NCBI GenBank assembly: GCA_032718475.1
Contig: JAUCBJ010006977.1
Span: 1 to 39,848, forward strand
Length of the DNA stretch: 39,848 nucleotides
Source of the DNA: Nemertoderma westbladi
Taxonomy: Eukaryota; Animalia; Xenacoelomorpha
Direction of reading: 5' to 3'
Shown: positions 12,529 through 24,720 of the stretch, piece by piece
Layout: each line of letters starts with the position of its first letter
Position numbering within the stretch: the first letter of the stretch is position 1
Made by a program: the position numbers and the translations under genes
Notes under the pieces: model-generated
Database searches by the model: none
What the model saw: only the letters and a program-made list of their open reading frames with translations
What the model was told of the DNA's origin: nothing

Positions 12529-12954
12529 ATGGATTCCACCTCCAGCACCCAGCTAGCTGCCCCCGTGGCATCGGTCTCCATCACCACCACAGCTACATCC
12601 ATCACCACTGCTTCCAACGCTATCAACACAACCATGACCAGAAGCGTCGGTACACAGACCATGGAGAGCAGGTCGGAAGCGGTCACTCCCTATGGCCGTT
12701 ATATGAGGGATCAGGAAGAGGAGATGGCGTGGGAGGAGGATTTGGTTAATCGAGAGCTCGAGATTCGAGCATTGGAGGAAGCGCGTGTGGAAGGGCTTCG
12801 GACCTCCTCCAACTGGTACGACCAGTATTTGTACCAGGAATATGTTCTGAAAGAGATAGCAGCGGCTGAGGAACAACGTTTCCTTTACCCTTTTCCCCAG
12901 GAAAACTGGGAGGAAACAGAGGATTTTAGGGAGGAACCATGGTGTAAGTTTTAA
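12529..12954 (+). CDS. Hypothetical protein: Ser/Thr-rich N-terminus, acidic Trp-containing C-terminus
   Basis: ACCATGG start at 12529; TATATAAA at ~12400 and TCAGTT Inr at ~12430; GC content above the flanks. Confidence 0.5.
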   Translation: MDSTSSTQLAAPVASVSITTTATSITTASNAINTTMTRSVGTQTMESRSEAVTPYGRYMRDQEEEMAWEEDLVNRELEIRALEEARVEGLRTSSNWYDQYLYQEYVLKEIAAAEEQRFLYPFPQENWEETEDFREEPWCKF

Positions 12955-13156
12955 TTAATACTAACATTCCTTTATATAATATGATATAATAAAATAGGTT
13001 AAAGCAATATGCAGTTTGAATAGAAATTAATTTGAGTAATTACAATAATTTTAACGTTATAAGAATTACCAAGATGGCTATAAAGCAATTACTTAAATAA
13101 TAAATTATTATTTAATTATAAAATAAATTATTTATTTTCTCATAGGCTAAATTTGC

Positions 13157-14044
13157 GTGAGGACCGGCCGGCGAGCGAGATTGGGAGCGCAGTTGTCCCT
13201 TACAGTTACTCCTTACAGTATTTGCCTTATCTTAGCTTACTTTGGATCGAGCAAAATCTTCCTCAAATTCGGCGATCTAGTCGACCCAACTCCAATAAAA
13301 GTCTCGCGGGGATTGAAACAGGGATCACTCATCTCACCTATCCTCTACAATCTTTACACCTCCAACATCTTAAGTAGAATAGAACATAGTAACCTCGGAT
13401 GCCGAATTGACACATCCTGGCTTGGTACAGTGGCCTATGCTGATGATTACCTACTCCTGGGAACCTCGCTTAAATCCGTCGAGAAGATGTGCGAAATACT
13501 CATACGGGAAGCCGCTCTGGTATCCCTCCAAATCGACATGAAGAAAACAAAATGGACGATCCTAAACCGTAACTATATGACCCACAAGGAATGTTTCATT
13601 ACAGTCAACGGATCACTAATCCAAATGTCGAACCATCTGAAATTCCTCGGACACAAACTGGGAAATTCTAACCCCGCTAGCAACCTCCACAATGTTATCC
13701 AGACAATAGCCATGATGTCGCAAGTTTTCCATACCAAAGGATGGACAGCAAGGTGGCTCAACCTAGAGACCATCTTTAAGATGTGGAACACACTCGCCGT
13801 CCCTGTCATAATCTACAGATTAACTCTGACTATTGGATCCCTACGCCGAAAGGATATCGACAAACTCGACGCCTACCACCGCAAGGTGCAACGTGGCCTC
13901 TTACTTCCTGGGAACTATTTGGAGAATAATACACTCTATCTACTCTCAGGGACCCCACCATTATCGATCATTGCCTATCGGAGTTGCTATAGAACCTTAG
14001 TTAGAACACTTGATTGCCCCAGTCTCGAGCTACAGTTACCTTAA
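13157..14044 (+). pseudogene. 5'-truncated non-LTR retrotransposon reverse transcriptase fragment
   Basis: RGLKQGSLISPILYNLY, AYADD, KTK and KFLG motifs; N-terminal RT subdomains and endonuclease absent. Confidence 0.85.
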
Positions 14045-14686
14045 TTATAAATGTATTTACCCCCACATTATTTATTACTATTAGGTCTATCTATTCAAGA
14101 AATTATATGTTTTTATAATATACTTTGGAAAATTAGTCGACTAAGTCATAATTTTTAAAACTTTAAATACGGGTTGAGTTATTTTATAAAGTTAAGAAGA
14201 ATGAACCAATAGAGGGAGCCTGAAGTCTAATCTCTTGGTCTTTACTCACGTTAACTCCCAAGGTTGCATACTATCACTATAGCCGGGGGAGTCAAAGCTA
14301 GAGTGTATGCTAGAGTTAACCAAGAGCTAGGAAAAAGAATAATGCTCTTCTAGGGTGCAAACTCACGACCTTCTAATTAGAAAACTAAGCAAATGATCAG
14401 CTTGAAGGTCTTAGACCCTTAATCGGAGGCATCGAGCAGCCAATGAGAGAGCGGATGCGAGTACAGTGGTAAAGCCCATCCATAGTGAGATAGCGTTGCA
14501 CTAGCTCTCAAGGATAGTTATACTCACCATTCAAATATCCCTCGCAAACCAGATTCCCCCAACATCTAAAGTATTCCACTTCAATGCAAAATATATAATG
14601 CAATATAACTCGAATATTTCTGTTTTTTATAATATAAATAATAATTGTAGCATAAATTTATAATTTCACATAAATATAATGTGAAA

Positions 14687-15530
14687 ATTCACTTTAACAT
14701 AGAGTAACTAACTAAACATGTAATAGGATATACAGATGGTCATAGGTTCGACCCCTTCTCGTATCCCATATTATGGAAAATATAAAAAGTAAACATAGAA
14801 TAACTAGAGTAACTAAACTAAACATAAAATAGGATGAACAGGTGGTCACATGTTCGACCCCTTCTCGTATCCCGTTTTATGGAAAATATAAAAAGTAAAC
14901 ACAAAATAGGATACACAGATTGTCACGGGTTCAATCCCTACTCGCGACCAATATAAAACCAACACAAAATAAGTTAAACATAGAATAACTAGAGTACCTA
15001 AACTAAACACAAAATAGGATAAACAGATGGTCACAGGTTCGATCCCTACTCGTATCCCATTTTATGGAAAATAAACAGGAGGTCATAGGTTCAATCCCTA
15101 CTCGCGACCATTATAAATCCAACACAAAATAAGTTAAACCAGGGTTCGAATCCTAGTCATGAAAATATAAAAAGTAAACATAGAATAACTAGAGTACCTA
15201 AACTAAACGTAAAATAGGAAAAACATATGCTCACAGGTTCGATCCCTAATCGTATCCGTTTTATGGAAAATAAACAGAAGGTCACGGGTTCAATCCCTAC
15301 TCACGACCATTATAAAACCAACACAAAATAAGTTAAGCCAGGGTTCGAGTCCTACTAATGCAATAATAAAAAGTAAACATAGAATAACTAGACTAAACTA
15401 AACATAAATTAGGAAAACATAGGTCACATGTTCGACCCCTACTCGTATCCGTTTTATGGAAAATATAAAAAGTAAACAGCTGGTCACGGACTCAAACCCT
15501 ACTCACGGAAAAATAAAAACCAACACAAAA
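14687..15530. repeat. Composite tandem repeat (~60-180-bp units)
   Basis: Recurring GGAAAATATAAAAAGTAAACA, CATAGAATAACTAGAG and GGTCACAGGTTCGATCCCTACTCG. One unit is the reverse complement of ~11451-11519 and the equivalent part of the second direct repeat. Confidence 0.85.
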
Positions 15531-15572
15531 TAAATAATATTGTAAACTTTCATGTATACCATAGTAAATAAA

Positions 15573-16094
15573 CTAATTTAATAATAAAGTTTGTAAAATA
15601 GATAATGATCCGGGGAATTCATCGGCAGGACACATGGAAACGATTTTATTACTATGAAATACACTGAAATATGCACGTCCTATATATATTCAAATCGCGC
15701 AAAATAATTCGGGGGTATAGATAATAAATATTGCTTTATTATTAATTGTATGATGTCCACATTTTTTCATTAATAATTTAAAATTAACACTTGGAAAAAT
15801 AATAGTTCGTGTTTCGGTATTAAGTTTCAAATTTTGTAATTGCATACCGATAGTTTGTTTTAAATAAAGCAATTCACTAGCTAAATTATTGCATAGGCCT
15901 ACAATTGTTACTGCGCCGCTGGGAAATAGCATTATAGTTGAATCGTCACTTTGTAGATAAACAATAAACATGTTTGGTTTTAAGCAACTTTGACCTGTAA
16001 TTTGCTGTGAAATTTTCTCTAGTTCAAATTTGGCAATGTTTTTTCCGGTAAACTGTTTATTGGTTATTTCTATTTTGTTGCTCAATTTCTTATT
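15573..16094 (-). pseudogene. TATA-binding-protein (TBP)-like gene with one internal stop
   Basis: First repeat TIMLFPSGAVTIVG matches TBP TALIFSSGKMVCTG; YTPELF matches YEPELF. Past the TGA at 15690 the frame continues IYIGRAYFSVFHSNKIVSM (cf. LLIFVSGKVV) to TAG at 15573. Confidence 0.7.
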
Positions 16095-16131
16095 CTAGAA
16101 AAATAAAATTAAATCCTAGTAGGGGGGATTA

Positions 16132-19100
16132 CTACTCGTTTCGATTTGATTTCGTATCCCAGAGCGTTAGTGCCTTCTTATAGACATGACCAGTAAAAAT
16201 TTGATGCTTTCTAGAAATGAAGGTAGAGTTATAGCGGAAGAGCATTGCTTCGTTTTCAAAACAGTCTGCATAATCCTCGTGTGTTAGTTGCTTAGCGACA
16301 ACCGATCTAGATACACCTTTGGCAGTTTTCTTGATTGGGGCATCGTAGGATTGAAAACTGTAGACCTTTGGTTTAAGGAAAACCCACTGTTTATACTGCA
16401 AACCGCAGCTCTCATCTTTTACGAAGCCGAGAGCCGCTTTGTGTTCAATGGTATAGAGTGGATGTGTTGTACTGTAGTTGGAAGTATCTAGGAAACCACC
16501 CCCAAACATTGCCCATAGAAAGGTTAGCTGTGGTGTATTAGTTACGCTTAGCATTAGAGAATCCGTGTCACCGGCTAGACAGCGAATCTGGCAACCCAGT
16601 TTTTGTTCTAGAGGCTTCAGTTTGTTGTAAAATAGGTCGTACATCTGTAGCTTAGATAGATCTAGTATAGTGCAACCGATGAACACGCCCTGATTTAGGC
16701 AAACAGCCTCTTTAGTGAAAGTATGACCACTCAAGTTGGGGGTAAAGACAACAAACGATTCATGGTTGGGCTTGGCTAAGAGCAAATCGCATTGTTCGTC
16801 GCTATTGCATAACCTGAAAGAAACGCGGTCTCTAACCTTTTGGAGGCATTTCCCATACAAGGCATTGTTCATCAACTTATAAAATAGGACCTCGAATGGG
16901 TTATTTGCCAACTGTCTTTTATTTGTATTAAAACTAATGTAGTCCTTGAAAATATATTTTTGTGAGAAAGAGTAGACCCTATGTACTTGTGTAAGTTTAA
17001 GACCGAGCTTCAAATAGAGCTGAAGTAGCTTAATATGGATACCGTATTCAACCTTATTAAACTGATGTAGTAGTAGCTTAGTACAGGTATCGTTGTATGG
17101 TCTACAGGTAGCCGTATCGGTGAGATTATAATGCTCCCAAAGATCTTCCATGTATTCGCTAAGAAAGGATTTAGGGACTGACATCTTCTCTGCTCCTAGA
17201 GGCAGATCGGCGGTCAAATCAAGAATTTCTTTCGGGTAATGTAGATCAACTATGCAATAATAACCAGTGTCCCCACTCGCCTCTACTGTAGCTAGGTCTA
17301 TGGGGGTAGTTACGAGTTTAATATTAGCGTAGGGAAGTTTCTGGCTCAGGGCGCAGCCGTAAAGGTTATTCGCATCGATGGGAATTAGATATTTCTCGGG
17401 GAGACTGGAGTCGTAGTCAGGTTTATCGGGGATATTTGTGTCTACGGAATGTGTATTCAAGAATACTAGACCACCCCTAATATTTGTTTCAAAGTCCGAG
17501 TAGATGGAAGCGTCTGATAGTAAATGAATTTCTGATTCCGTGAATTTCAGCGCCGCGTCGTAAGTTAATCCTGGGGCAGTGAAGTACATTACGGGTTCGA
17601 GTCCATAATTAGTAAGACAGAGGGATCGGAACTGCTCGAAAGTATCAGCCAATAGGGTAACGTCTAGAACCAAATAGCCAATCATATAGTCGAAGATTGT
17701 TGCGCAATTTAATTCAGCCCAAGTAGTAAGCGCGCACTGTAGTTGTCTGCGCTACACTGTTCCAATTTGAGATCCTTATAGAAGCTTTCTATTGGGGGGA
17801 GGGTAGTTTCGTGTAGGTTTGAAATATTTTGAATGTAAGAATATGGGAATACGCCCTTGTTTTTTATTGTGTTATCGCTAATGTTGGGATAGAGTTGGGT
17901 CATTTGAGCTAGTGTATGGGGTATGGCTGTTGCTAGGTTACTATTTATTATTTTTAGTGAGATAACTACTAAGATTATCTAGGTTGGCAGTCATAAATTG
18001 ATAGGAATCTAGAAAATTAATGGAGATACTTTCTTTAGCGTTGGCTGTTGGTGTACTCGGATCGATTGGAAAGCTAACTTTAAGGTGAATATAAGTTTCG
18101 GTGTTTTTTGGTATTAGTCATTTTCCAGTGTGTTCTAGAACTATCGGTCATTCCTTCTTTTAGTAGTAAATGCATATCGAATTTCCTCAAGTTATAAAAT
18201 ATAATATAAAAATTATTCCGTTTTAGGGAAAGTCTCCTGTTGCAGCTGACGCAAGAAGCCCCTCGATACTCCCCGCTATAATGATCGTGATCGCGGACTT
18301 TGGTGCTGAGATTGTCATTGAGGTTTAAATTATGAGAATCAGGGGTTAAATTACAGTTGCAGACGTAGCATTATGTAGCGTTATTAAAGTCAGTTTGTTG
18401 GCTAGTAGTGAGTTGCATGGGGGCGTGCGTGTTTGTACTAGAAATAGACCAATCGTATAACTCCCTACAATGACTTTCCATAGCGGTTAGAAAGTCGCGC
18501 ATTACGTGGTTACTGCCATCATCACGGAAAATTTGAACATCTGTTTTAGGAGGGTTAATTAATTTCTGATTTGGAACTGTATAAAAGGCTGCCGCGCTAG
18601 CTATATGTTTCTGTGGGAGTTTAATATTGTTTGTAGGTTCTAGAATAGTTTCAATGTCAGCGTATATACAGAAAGGTGGGGATAGAATAGAGTCTTATCG
18701 TACCGGTCAAATTTAACCAAGAGATTTTCGGGCATATACTCGAGTTGGCGTTTAGCCGTATAGCAACGCTCTCGATGTTCTTCCAGCGATTTGTCAGTGT
18801 AAAAGGCTCTGAGACAGCGTTCGCAGTGCATCTTGTTGCCTTTAGAAGTAGCTTTAGTATTTATTAATCTATCTATGTTAGTAATAGCTACGTAGTGGGC
18901 TGGGTTTTTGGTTGTGGCTTCGATAAATAATAAATTTAGTACAGTTTTACCGGAACAGTGCGCGCTATCTGGCTGACTTAGAATGGAGAGTTCTTCCGTA
19001 TTACTCCAATATAAAAGGTTTATACAGTGTATAGGGTTTGCTTTCAGAAACTGGGGAATACCAGTTACTCTGTCCACCAGGAAACTTAAATTGGAAAAAT

Positions 19101-20121
19101 CAAACATGTTTAAGAAAGGAGTATATGTTGAAATTCTACTAATATTATTTTGTTTTCTATCAATTTTCTTATAATTCGTGGCGGCCAATACTGCGTATTT
19201 AAAGCATTCCCCCAGTGGGCAGTCTACACTTACGGTACAATGTTTATTTAATAATAATTTAGATTTATTGAAGCCATGACCCTTTAAATAGGGGTTGCGT
19301 TGGGAACATGCAATCTCAATAGTTATTCGCTCGATAGCTATTATGCGCCAACCTGAGCCGAGGCAGAGAAACACGCTTAACAGCTGATCAATACGATTTA
19401 CGGCGCTAGAAAACCAGTTATTAAAGTCGCTATTATTTAGAATTTGATTATTGTTACCACTAGATTTAAAACAGAATGATTCAATTTGAAAACTCTTGCT
19501 GGTTTCACGCTCCATTATAATATTGATAGTTAGCCAGACTCTTAAAAAAGTTCCCAAAGCACTATGTAAATGGCTACTAACGTGTTCTTGGATATGTGGA
19601 AAATTTCCATTTAAAGTTAGTTCAACATCGAGTCTTGTTTCGGAGAGGTCATTGTTATAAGTAAACAGTCGTCCGTGTGCGCTTACGTTGGTGGGGGGTT
19701 GAAAGGGATTGTTTGGGGAAATAGAGTTATAATCTCGCGAAGTTGAAGGTTCATTATTGGAGCCGCCGCCGCCGCCGCCGACTTGTTCTGGAGTAGAGTT
19801 GATGGGGGATGAGTGGGAGGTAGATGGAGTTTTGCGTTTCCGTGAAAAAAGACAAGTGTAGCATTCATGTTCAGTAAAGGATGATAGGGTGAGCGAATCC
19901 CCGCAGCGGCAATCGGCTGGCTCATTTACGTAATTAAATCCTGTTCCCCCCTGAGGACATGATACCAGATGGCCAACCAGCGTCTTCTTTTCCGAAGACC
20001 AAGTCGGGCAACAGTTGCATCTATATTGCGCGAAATGAATTTTAATATGGGATTTTAGATTATCACTCTGCATCTCTTTGTCGCAGATGGGGCAGCTGAC
20101 TTTATATGTTGATCTTGGCAT
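16132..20121 (-). pseudogene. Protein-primed family B DNA polymerase (Polinton/adintovirus type), lineage A, near full length, frameshifted
   Basis: N-terminal C2H2-like finger, GSGW, EndoVII-like DHDHYSGEYRG, KGVFPY, motif A DANNLYG, motif B KLMNNALYGK, motif C GDTDS, KPKVYS and AKGV; split over ORFs 18640, 17709 and 16132. Confidence 0.93.
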
Positions 20122-21729
20122 CTTGAATCTAGAAATAAAAATTGTTTATTTGTAAAAAGATAAAAAAATACTGTATACTTGCTAAAAATAAAGTAAAACA
20201 GTAGATATTAATCAGTTACTAGGTAACAATACTGCGTTTGTATAGTTAGTGTAGTAGTGTTAGTGTACCAGCTGCCAGATAGTAGCAATAACCAAGACAC
20301 AAAAGCGATGGCAGTTATTATTCGTGTAAAGAGGGTCTATAAACAGCAGTCAACAGTCAGTCAGTGCAGTAGTGCTAGTGGTATAGTCTGCCAGAAGTCA
20401 GACGTATCGGTAGCGTTAACCAATACAAATCTAGGAATCTAACAAATCTAACAAGGCCTAGCTAATCGCTGTGTGAGATCTCAGTTAGTCAGTAGGATAT
20501 ATAGTGAAAACTGCAGTATTCATTGTTGTTCAGTAGGGTCTATATCGCTACTATGATGGCATTAGGCTAACTCGAGTGATCCGGTACCGATAGTCAGGTA
20601 GACAAGCAGATAGGCCTATTGATCGAATGCTTCGATCACGGTTTAGGCTATCGCTACCACTGCAGTCTGACAGTAATTAATAATGAGCCTACTGCAATAC
20701 TGCTGTACCGGTAGATATTAAATGTAAATTGTTTGCTACCAGCATCGAAAGTATAGCTAGATGGTGGAAGGCAGATTTTACTTACGGTGTTAGTAAATAT
20801 TCACGGAAAGATGAAGTTTGGATGTTTGTTGGCAACGAAGAAGTTGGTTGACGTGGACGACAAGAGAGTTTATTTACCGATAGGACGGAATGGTATCGGA
20901 AAAATATTACGCGGTTGTATGACGGATTCGCGGAAAGTTTTTTTTGTCGATGATGAGTGATAACGCGGTGAAATGACAATAATACAACTGTACAACTGGA
21001 TTGTTGATAGATGATAATAAATAAATATTCTTAATAAATAATAATAAACTCGAAAACAAAATAATGGTAAATGATGTTAATCGTAACTTGCAAATGAAAT
21101 AATGACGTAAAATCTTGGTGGGGGTGATATTAAATAGCAATTCGGTTGTTTAGGAGGCCGTTGTCTCTTAAATGAGCCAATCAGGGCACAGCAGCAGAAA
21201 TGATCCCCGCTGATTGGATGTTCGTGCATACGCGCTAACCAGGGCAACTTCTCGTGTTGATGATTCTATATTAGAAAACCCCTGTAGGCATCTTGACTAA
21301 TTATGTTGAGTTGACTGTATAACAGAAGCAGGTCTGGTGCAAAGGAATGGGATTGGTAGAGAGGAATGCGTGTTTAGAGGCGCTTCATTATTATGATACG
21401 GGATGCCTGGATATAGGAAAGGATCCAAGTGATGCCGGCTATAGTGAGAACAAAGGAGGGCCGCTGGAACATTAGCCTCGGGCGATATACGGATTTGGTG
21501 TAGTCAAGGACGCGTTGGGATTATTAGTGAGTCATCAAAGGGGCTGCTAACAGCCGAGACCGCTGATTTATATTTGCCTTGGGGGTATACGTGTAGATTC
21601 AATGCGTGTCGTATCTACTTAATGAATAGCGACGGCAGAGGAGAGGGCCCGCCGATTAGTTGCCAGTAGGGAGCCGTATACCATAGCCATTATAAAGTTA
21701 AATATAGACATTATGTCATAGTGATCTCA

Positions 21730-22127
21730 TTGGTAATATAAAAACTAATTAATCTAAAAATAGAAATCAATGTATAAAGACAATTATAAAAATAACAATT
21801 AATTAATTTAAAATAAAGTACAAATGAATAATTAATTTAGAATTAAATACGAATAAATAAAGTAAAATAAAATACAAATAATTAATTAAAATTAAATATA
21901 AATAAATAGGTATTAATAAATAAAAGAGCCGCGGTGTCACTTATGACACCCTCTTGAGCCGGCTTTGTGACAGTTGGACATCACTGATGACCCATTGTGT
22001 GTCAGGGCGCAGTCTGATTAATTAGGATAATCAATTAAACCCTAATTAGGAGTCGTAAGACACCTATTAGGTAGGGTTTAAATGTACTAATTAATTGATG
22101 ACATCTGTCAATTAGGGTCTAATTAGC
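21730..22127 (+). repeat. Dispersed direct repeat, paralog of 37405-37583 plus 38292-38516
   Basis: Shared AT-rich block followed by AAAAGAGCCGCGGTGTCACTTATGACACCC...GGTCTAATTAGCC. Confidence 0.85.
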
Positions 22128-22512
22128 CTAATTGGGAGTTGTCACCCAGACAGTCTGGCGCCAATGACACCCAATGACACCCATAGGGTGATAATTGGGT
22201 GTCATATGACACCCAATGGGTGTCAGTTAGGTCCAACTGTCGCAAAGCCGCCCAAGACCCTACTACTGAGGGAGAAAAGAATGTAAAATTAAACCAATCA
22301 GAGAGCAGCTTTGATGATGTCATAGGAGGCGAGATAAAGTTTGCCAATGTTATTCAATGGTAACCGGAGGAACCAGCTTTGATGATGTCATACGAGGCGA
22401 GATAAAGTTTGCTGCCCAATGTTATTCAATGGCAGCCAGAGTGGCGCCATTGAATAACAATGACAAAGGGTAGGATACAATAGAGTAATTAGTTACCAGT
22501 AAGGGAGCTGTA

Positions 22513-23260
22513 AGTAGTGAGGGATTGCCCCGCTTTGGACCAGCCCCCCCCCCCCCCCCCCCCCCCCACTCGCTCCCTATGGCTCCTTATGGCTCCTATA
22601 GCTCCCATTGGCTCCCATAGCTCCCATTGCCCATAGCTCCCATTAGCTCCCTATGGCTCCTTATGGCTCCTATAGCTCCCATTGGCTCCCATAGCTCCCA
22701 TTGCCCATAGCTCCCATTGCCCATAGCTCCCATTGCCCATAGCTCCCATTAGCTCCCTATAGCTCCCATTAGCTCCCTATGGCTCCTTATGGCTCCTATA
22801 GCTCCCATTGGCTCCTATAGCTCCCATTGGCTCCCATAGCTCCCATTGCCCATAGCTCCCATTAGCTCCATTGCCCATAGCTCTCATTAGCTCCCTATGG
22901 CTCCTTATGGCTCCTATAGCTCCCATAGCTCCCATTGCCCATAGCTCCCATTAGCTCCCTATGGCTCCTTATGGCTCCTATAGCTCCCTTGGCCATTGCT
23001 CCCATTAGCCGAGTCTCCCCATTGCTCCCATTAGCTGAGTCTCCCCTTTGCTCCCATTAGCCGAGTCTCCCCATAGCTCCCATTAGCCATTGCTCCCATT
23101 AGCCGAGTCTCCCCATTGCTCCCATTACAAATGTCTCCCTATAGATCGCATTACCTAGAGTGTCCCCATTGCTCCCATTACAAATGTCTCCCTATAGTTC
23201 GCATTACCTCTATTGCTCCCATTACACGAGTCTCCCCATTGCTCCCATTACAAATGTCTC
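22513..23260 (+). repeat. Left terminal inverted repeat
   Basis: Poly-C tract then arrays of GCTCCCATT/GCTCCTAT variants; reverse complement of ~36729-37336. Confidence 0.92.
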
Positions 23261-23832
23261 CCTATATATCGCATTACCCAGAGTCTCCTCATTGCTCCTA
23301 TTACAAATGCTCCCATTACCTCACCATTGCCAACTCTCTCTATATCCTATTACTTCAAATGTAACGTAACCATTGGTCAAACAAGCAGCCAATAAGGTGC
23401 ATGTAACGCGTTACACTGGATGAATCACCAACCAATCAATGTTAAGGAACACCTACATTGTCAGACATGGCGTCTCATTGTCTTGTCATTCATTATTATC
23501 ATTGACGTCATACCATTGCCTACTATAGGCCAAATTATACGCTCTGGTTGACTATGCTCGCAATCGTCCATGAAATTGATTTAATGTTTCATTGCCTTGC
23601 AAACTTTACCTAAATCAAATTTATCCGCCAAAAACATCGGAGCTGATTAGCTGTCAACACAAGCCACCTAGTCGTGATTGGTGGACATATTTGGATATAA
23701 ATTGGACAGAAATAAAAAATTATCATTTATCCATATTCTATGTGATGTTAACATTGTATTTAATTGTATTGCTATATTTTATTTAGTTAATTTTCTTGTA
23801 AACTTTATTCTAAACTTTATTCGCTCAAAATA

Positions 23833-24720
23833 ATGGCCCTATCTAAGAAGATATCTGTTAGCAACCAACCATTCAAAGTAGCCAGTCAGGATTTTTCTAT
23901 GATAATCCAACCTCACAAGTATGCAGTGTTTACACAAGAACAAGATTCATTTGTACTCAACATGATGAACACACGGTTTCTACTGCAAACAGTTATAGAG
24001 AATAAAATTGGTGAATTCAAGAAATCCTATATTGTTGTTAACTTGATGTCTGATGGAGCTCATGTTGAGAAAGAACATTCTCATTTTTTCATACCCCGTT
24101 ACTTCTTAGAACAGCTAAAGCTCCTACATTCTCATATTTCGCAATTATTGAAAACACGCCTATCATTTTTGAATCATGATCGTTATGTTCTTCTCTCAGA
24201 CCCTTTAGTGGGCTTTGTAACAAAATACAAAGGGAAAGCCTATGTTGGTCTTTGGGAATATGAAACATCTTATCCTCAGTCAGTATCAATTGATTTCTAT
24301 TCTGGCTTGAATTTCACTCCTGATGAGCTGGCCAGAGTAGATTTTGACCATGATAATTCTGAATATAGTTTATCCACTCGGTTAATGGCTAAGAAACAAA
24401 ATAAAGATCTTATTGTTAAACATAATATGTCAGGGAATGCAGTTGTCCTATCAAAAGATGATCTTGAAACAGTTAAATTTCTTGAAAATAAATGTCGCAA
24501 TGCACACTTTGAAGATAACAATCGTTTTATGTTACTAGAAGAAACTTACGAAGAAGATGATTTCGGTGAAACACCTCCACCTACACCTCCCTATTATACC
24601 CACACTAAAGAAGGACGAAACCTTTTAATTAATGAATCTGGTAAAGATGTACCTAAATGTTCCGCTAACTTGAAGCGCGATATTGTAGAAATATGCAAGG
24701 CTAGCACGCGGGCAACTTGA
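23833..24720 (+). CDS. Polinton accessory ORF, possibly PC4-like ssDNA-binding
   Basis: Intact 295-aa ORF. FVTKYKGKAYVGLWEY...SGLNFTPDEL resembles PC4 VSVRDFKGKVLIDIREY...KGISLNPEQW; the functional call is tentative. Confidence 0.55.
   Translation: MALSKKISVSNQPFKVASQDFSMIIQPHKYAVFTQEQDSFVLNMMNTRFLLQTVIENKIGEFKKSYIVVNLMSDGAHVEKEHSHFFIPRYFLEQLKLLHSHISQLLKTRLSFLNHDRYVLLSDPLVGFVTKYKGKAYVGLWEYETSYPQSVSIDFYSGLNFTPDELARVDFDHDNSEYSLSTRLMAKKQNKDLIVKHNMSGNAVVLSKDDLETVKFLENKCRNAHFEDNNRFMLLEETYEEDDFGETPPPTPPYYTHTKEGRNLLINESGKDVPKCSANLKRDIVEICKASTRAT

Noticed and set aside
14740-15500. Repeated GGTTCGA(A/T)CC motifs resembling tRNA T-loops / B boxes
   Set aside because: No cloverleaf, A box or acceptor stem; the motifs are part of a tandem repeat.
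20251-20262. AGTAGT as a possible Polinton terminus for lineage A
   Set aside because: No matching inverted end or TSD found.
23116-23395. Cys/His-patterned ORFs (also 36595-36903 on the minus strand)
   Set aside because: Translations of TIR micro-repeats, not real zinc fingers.
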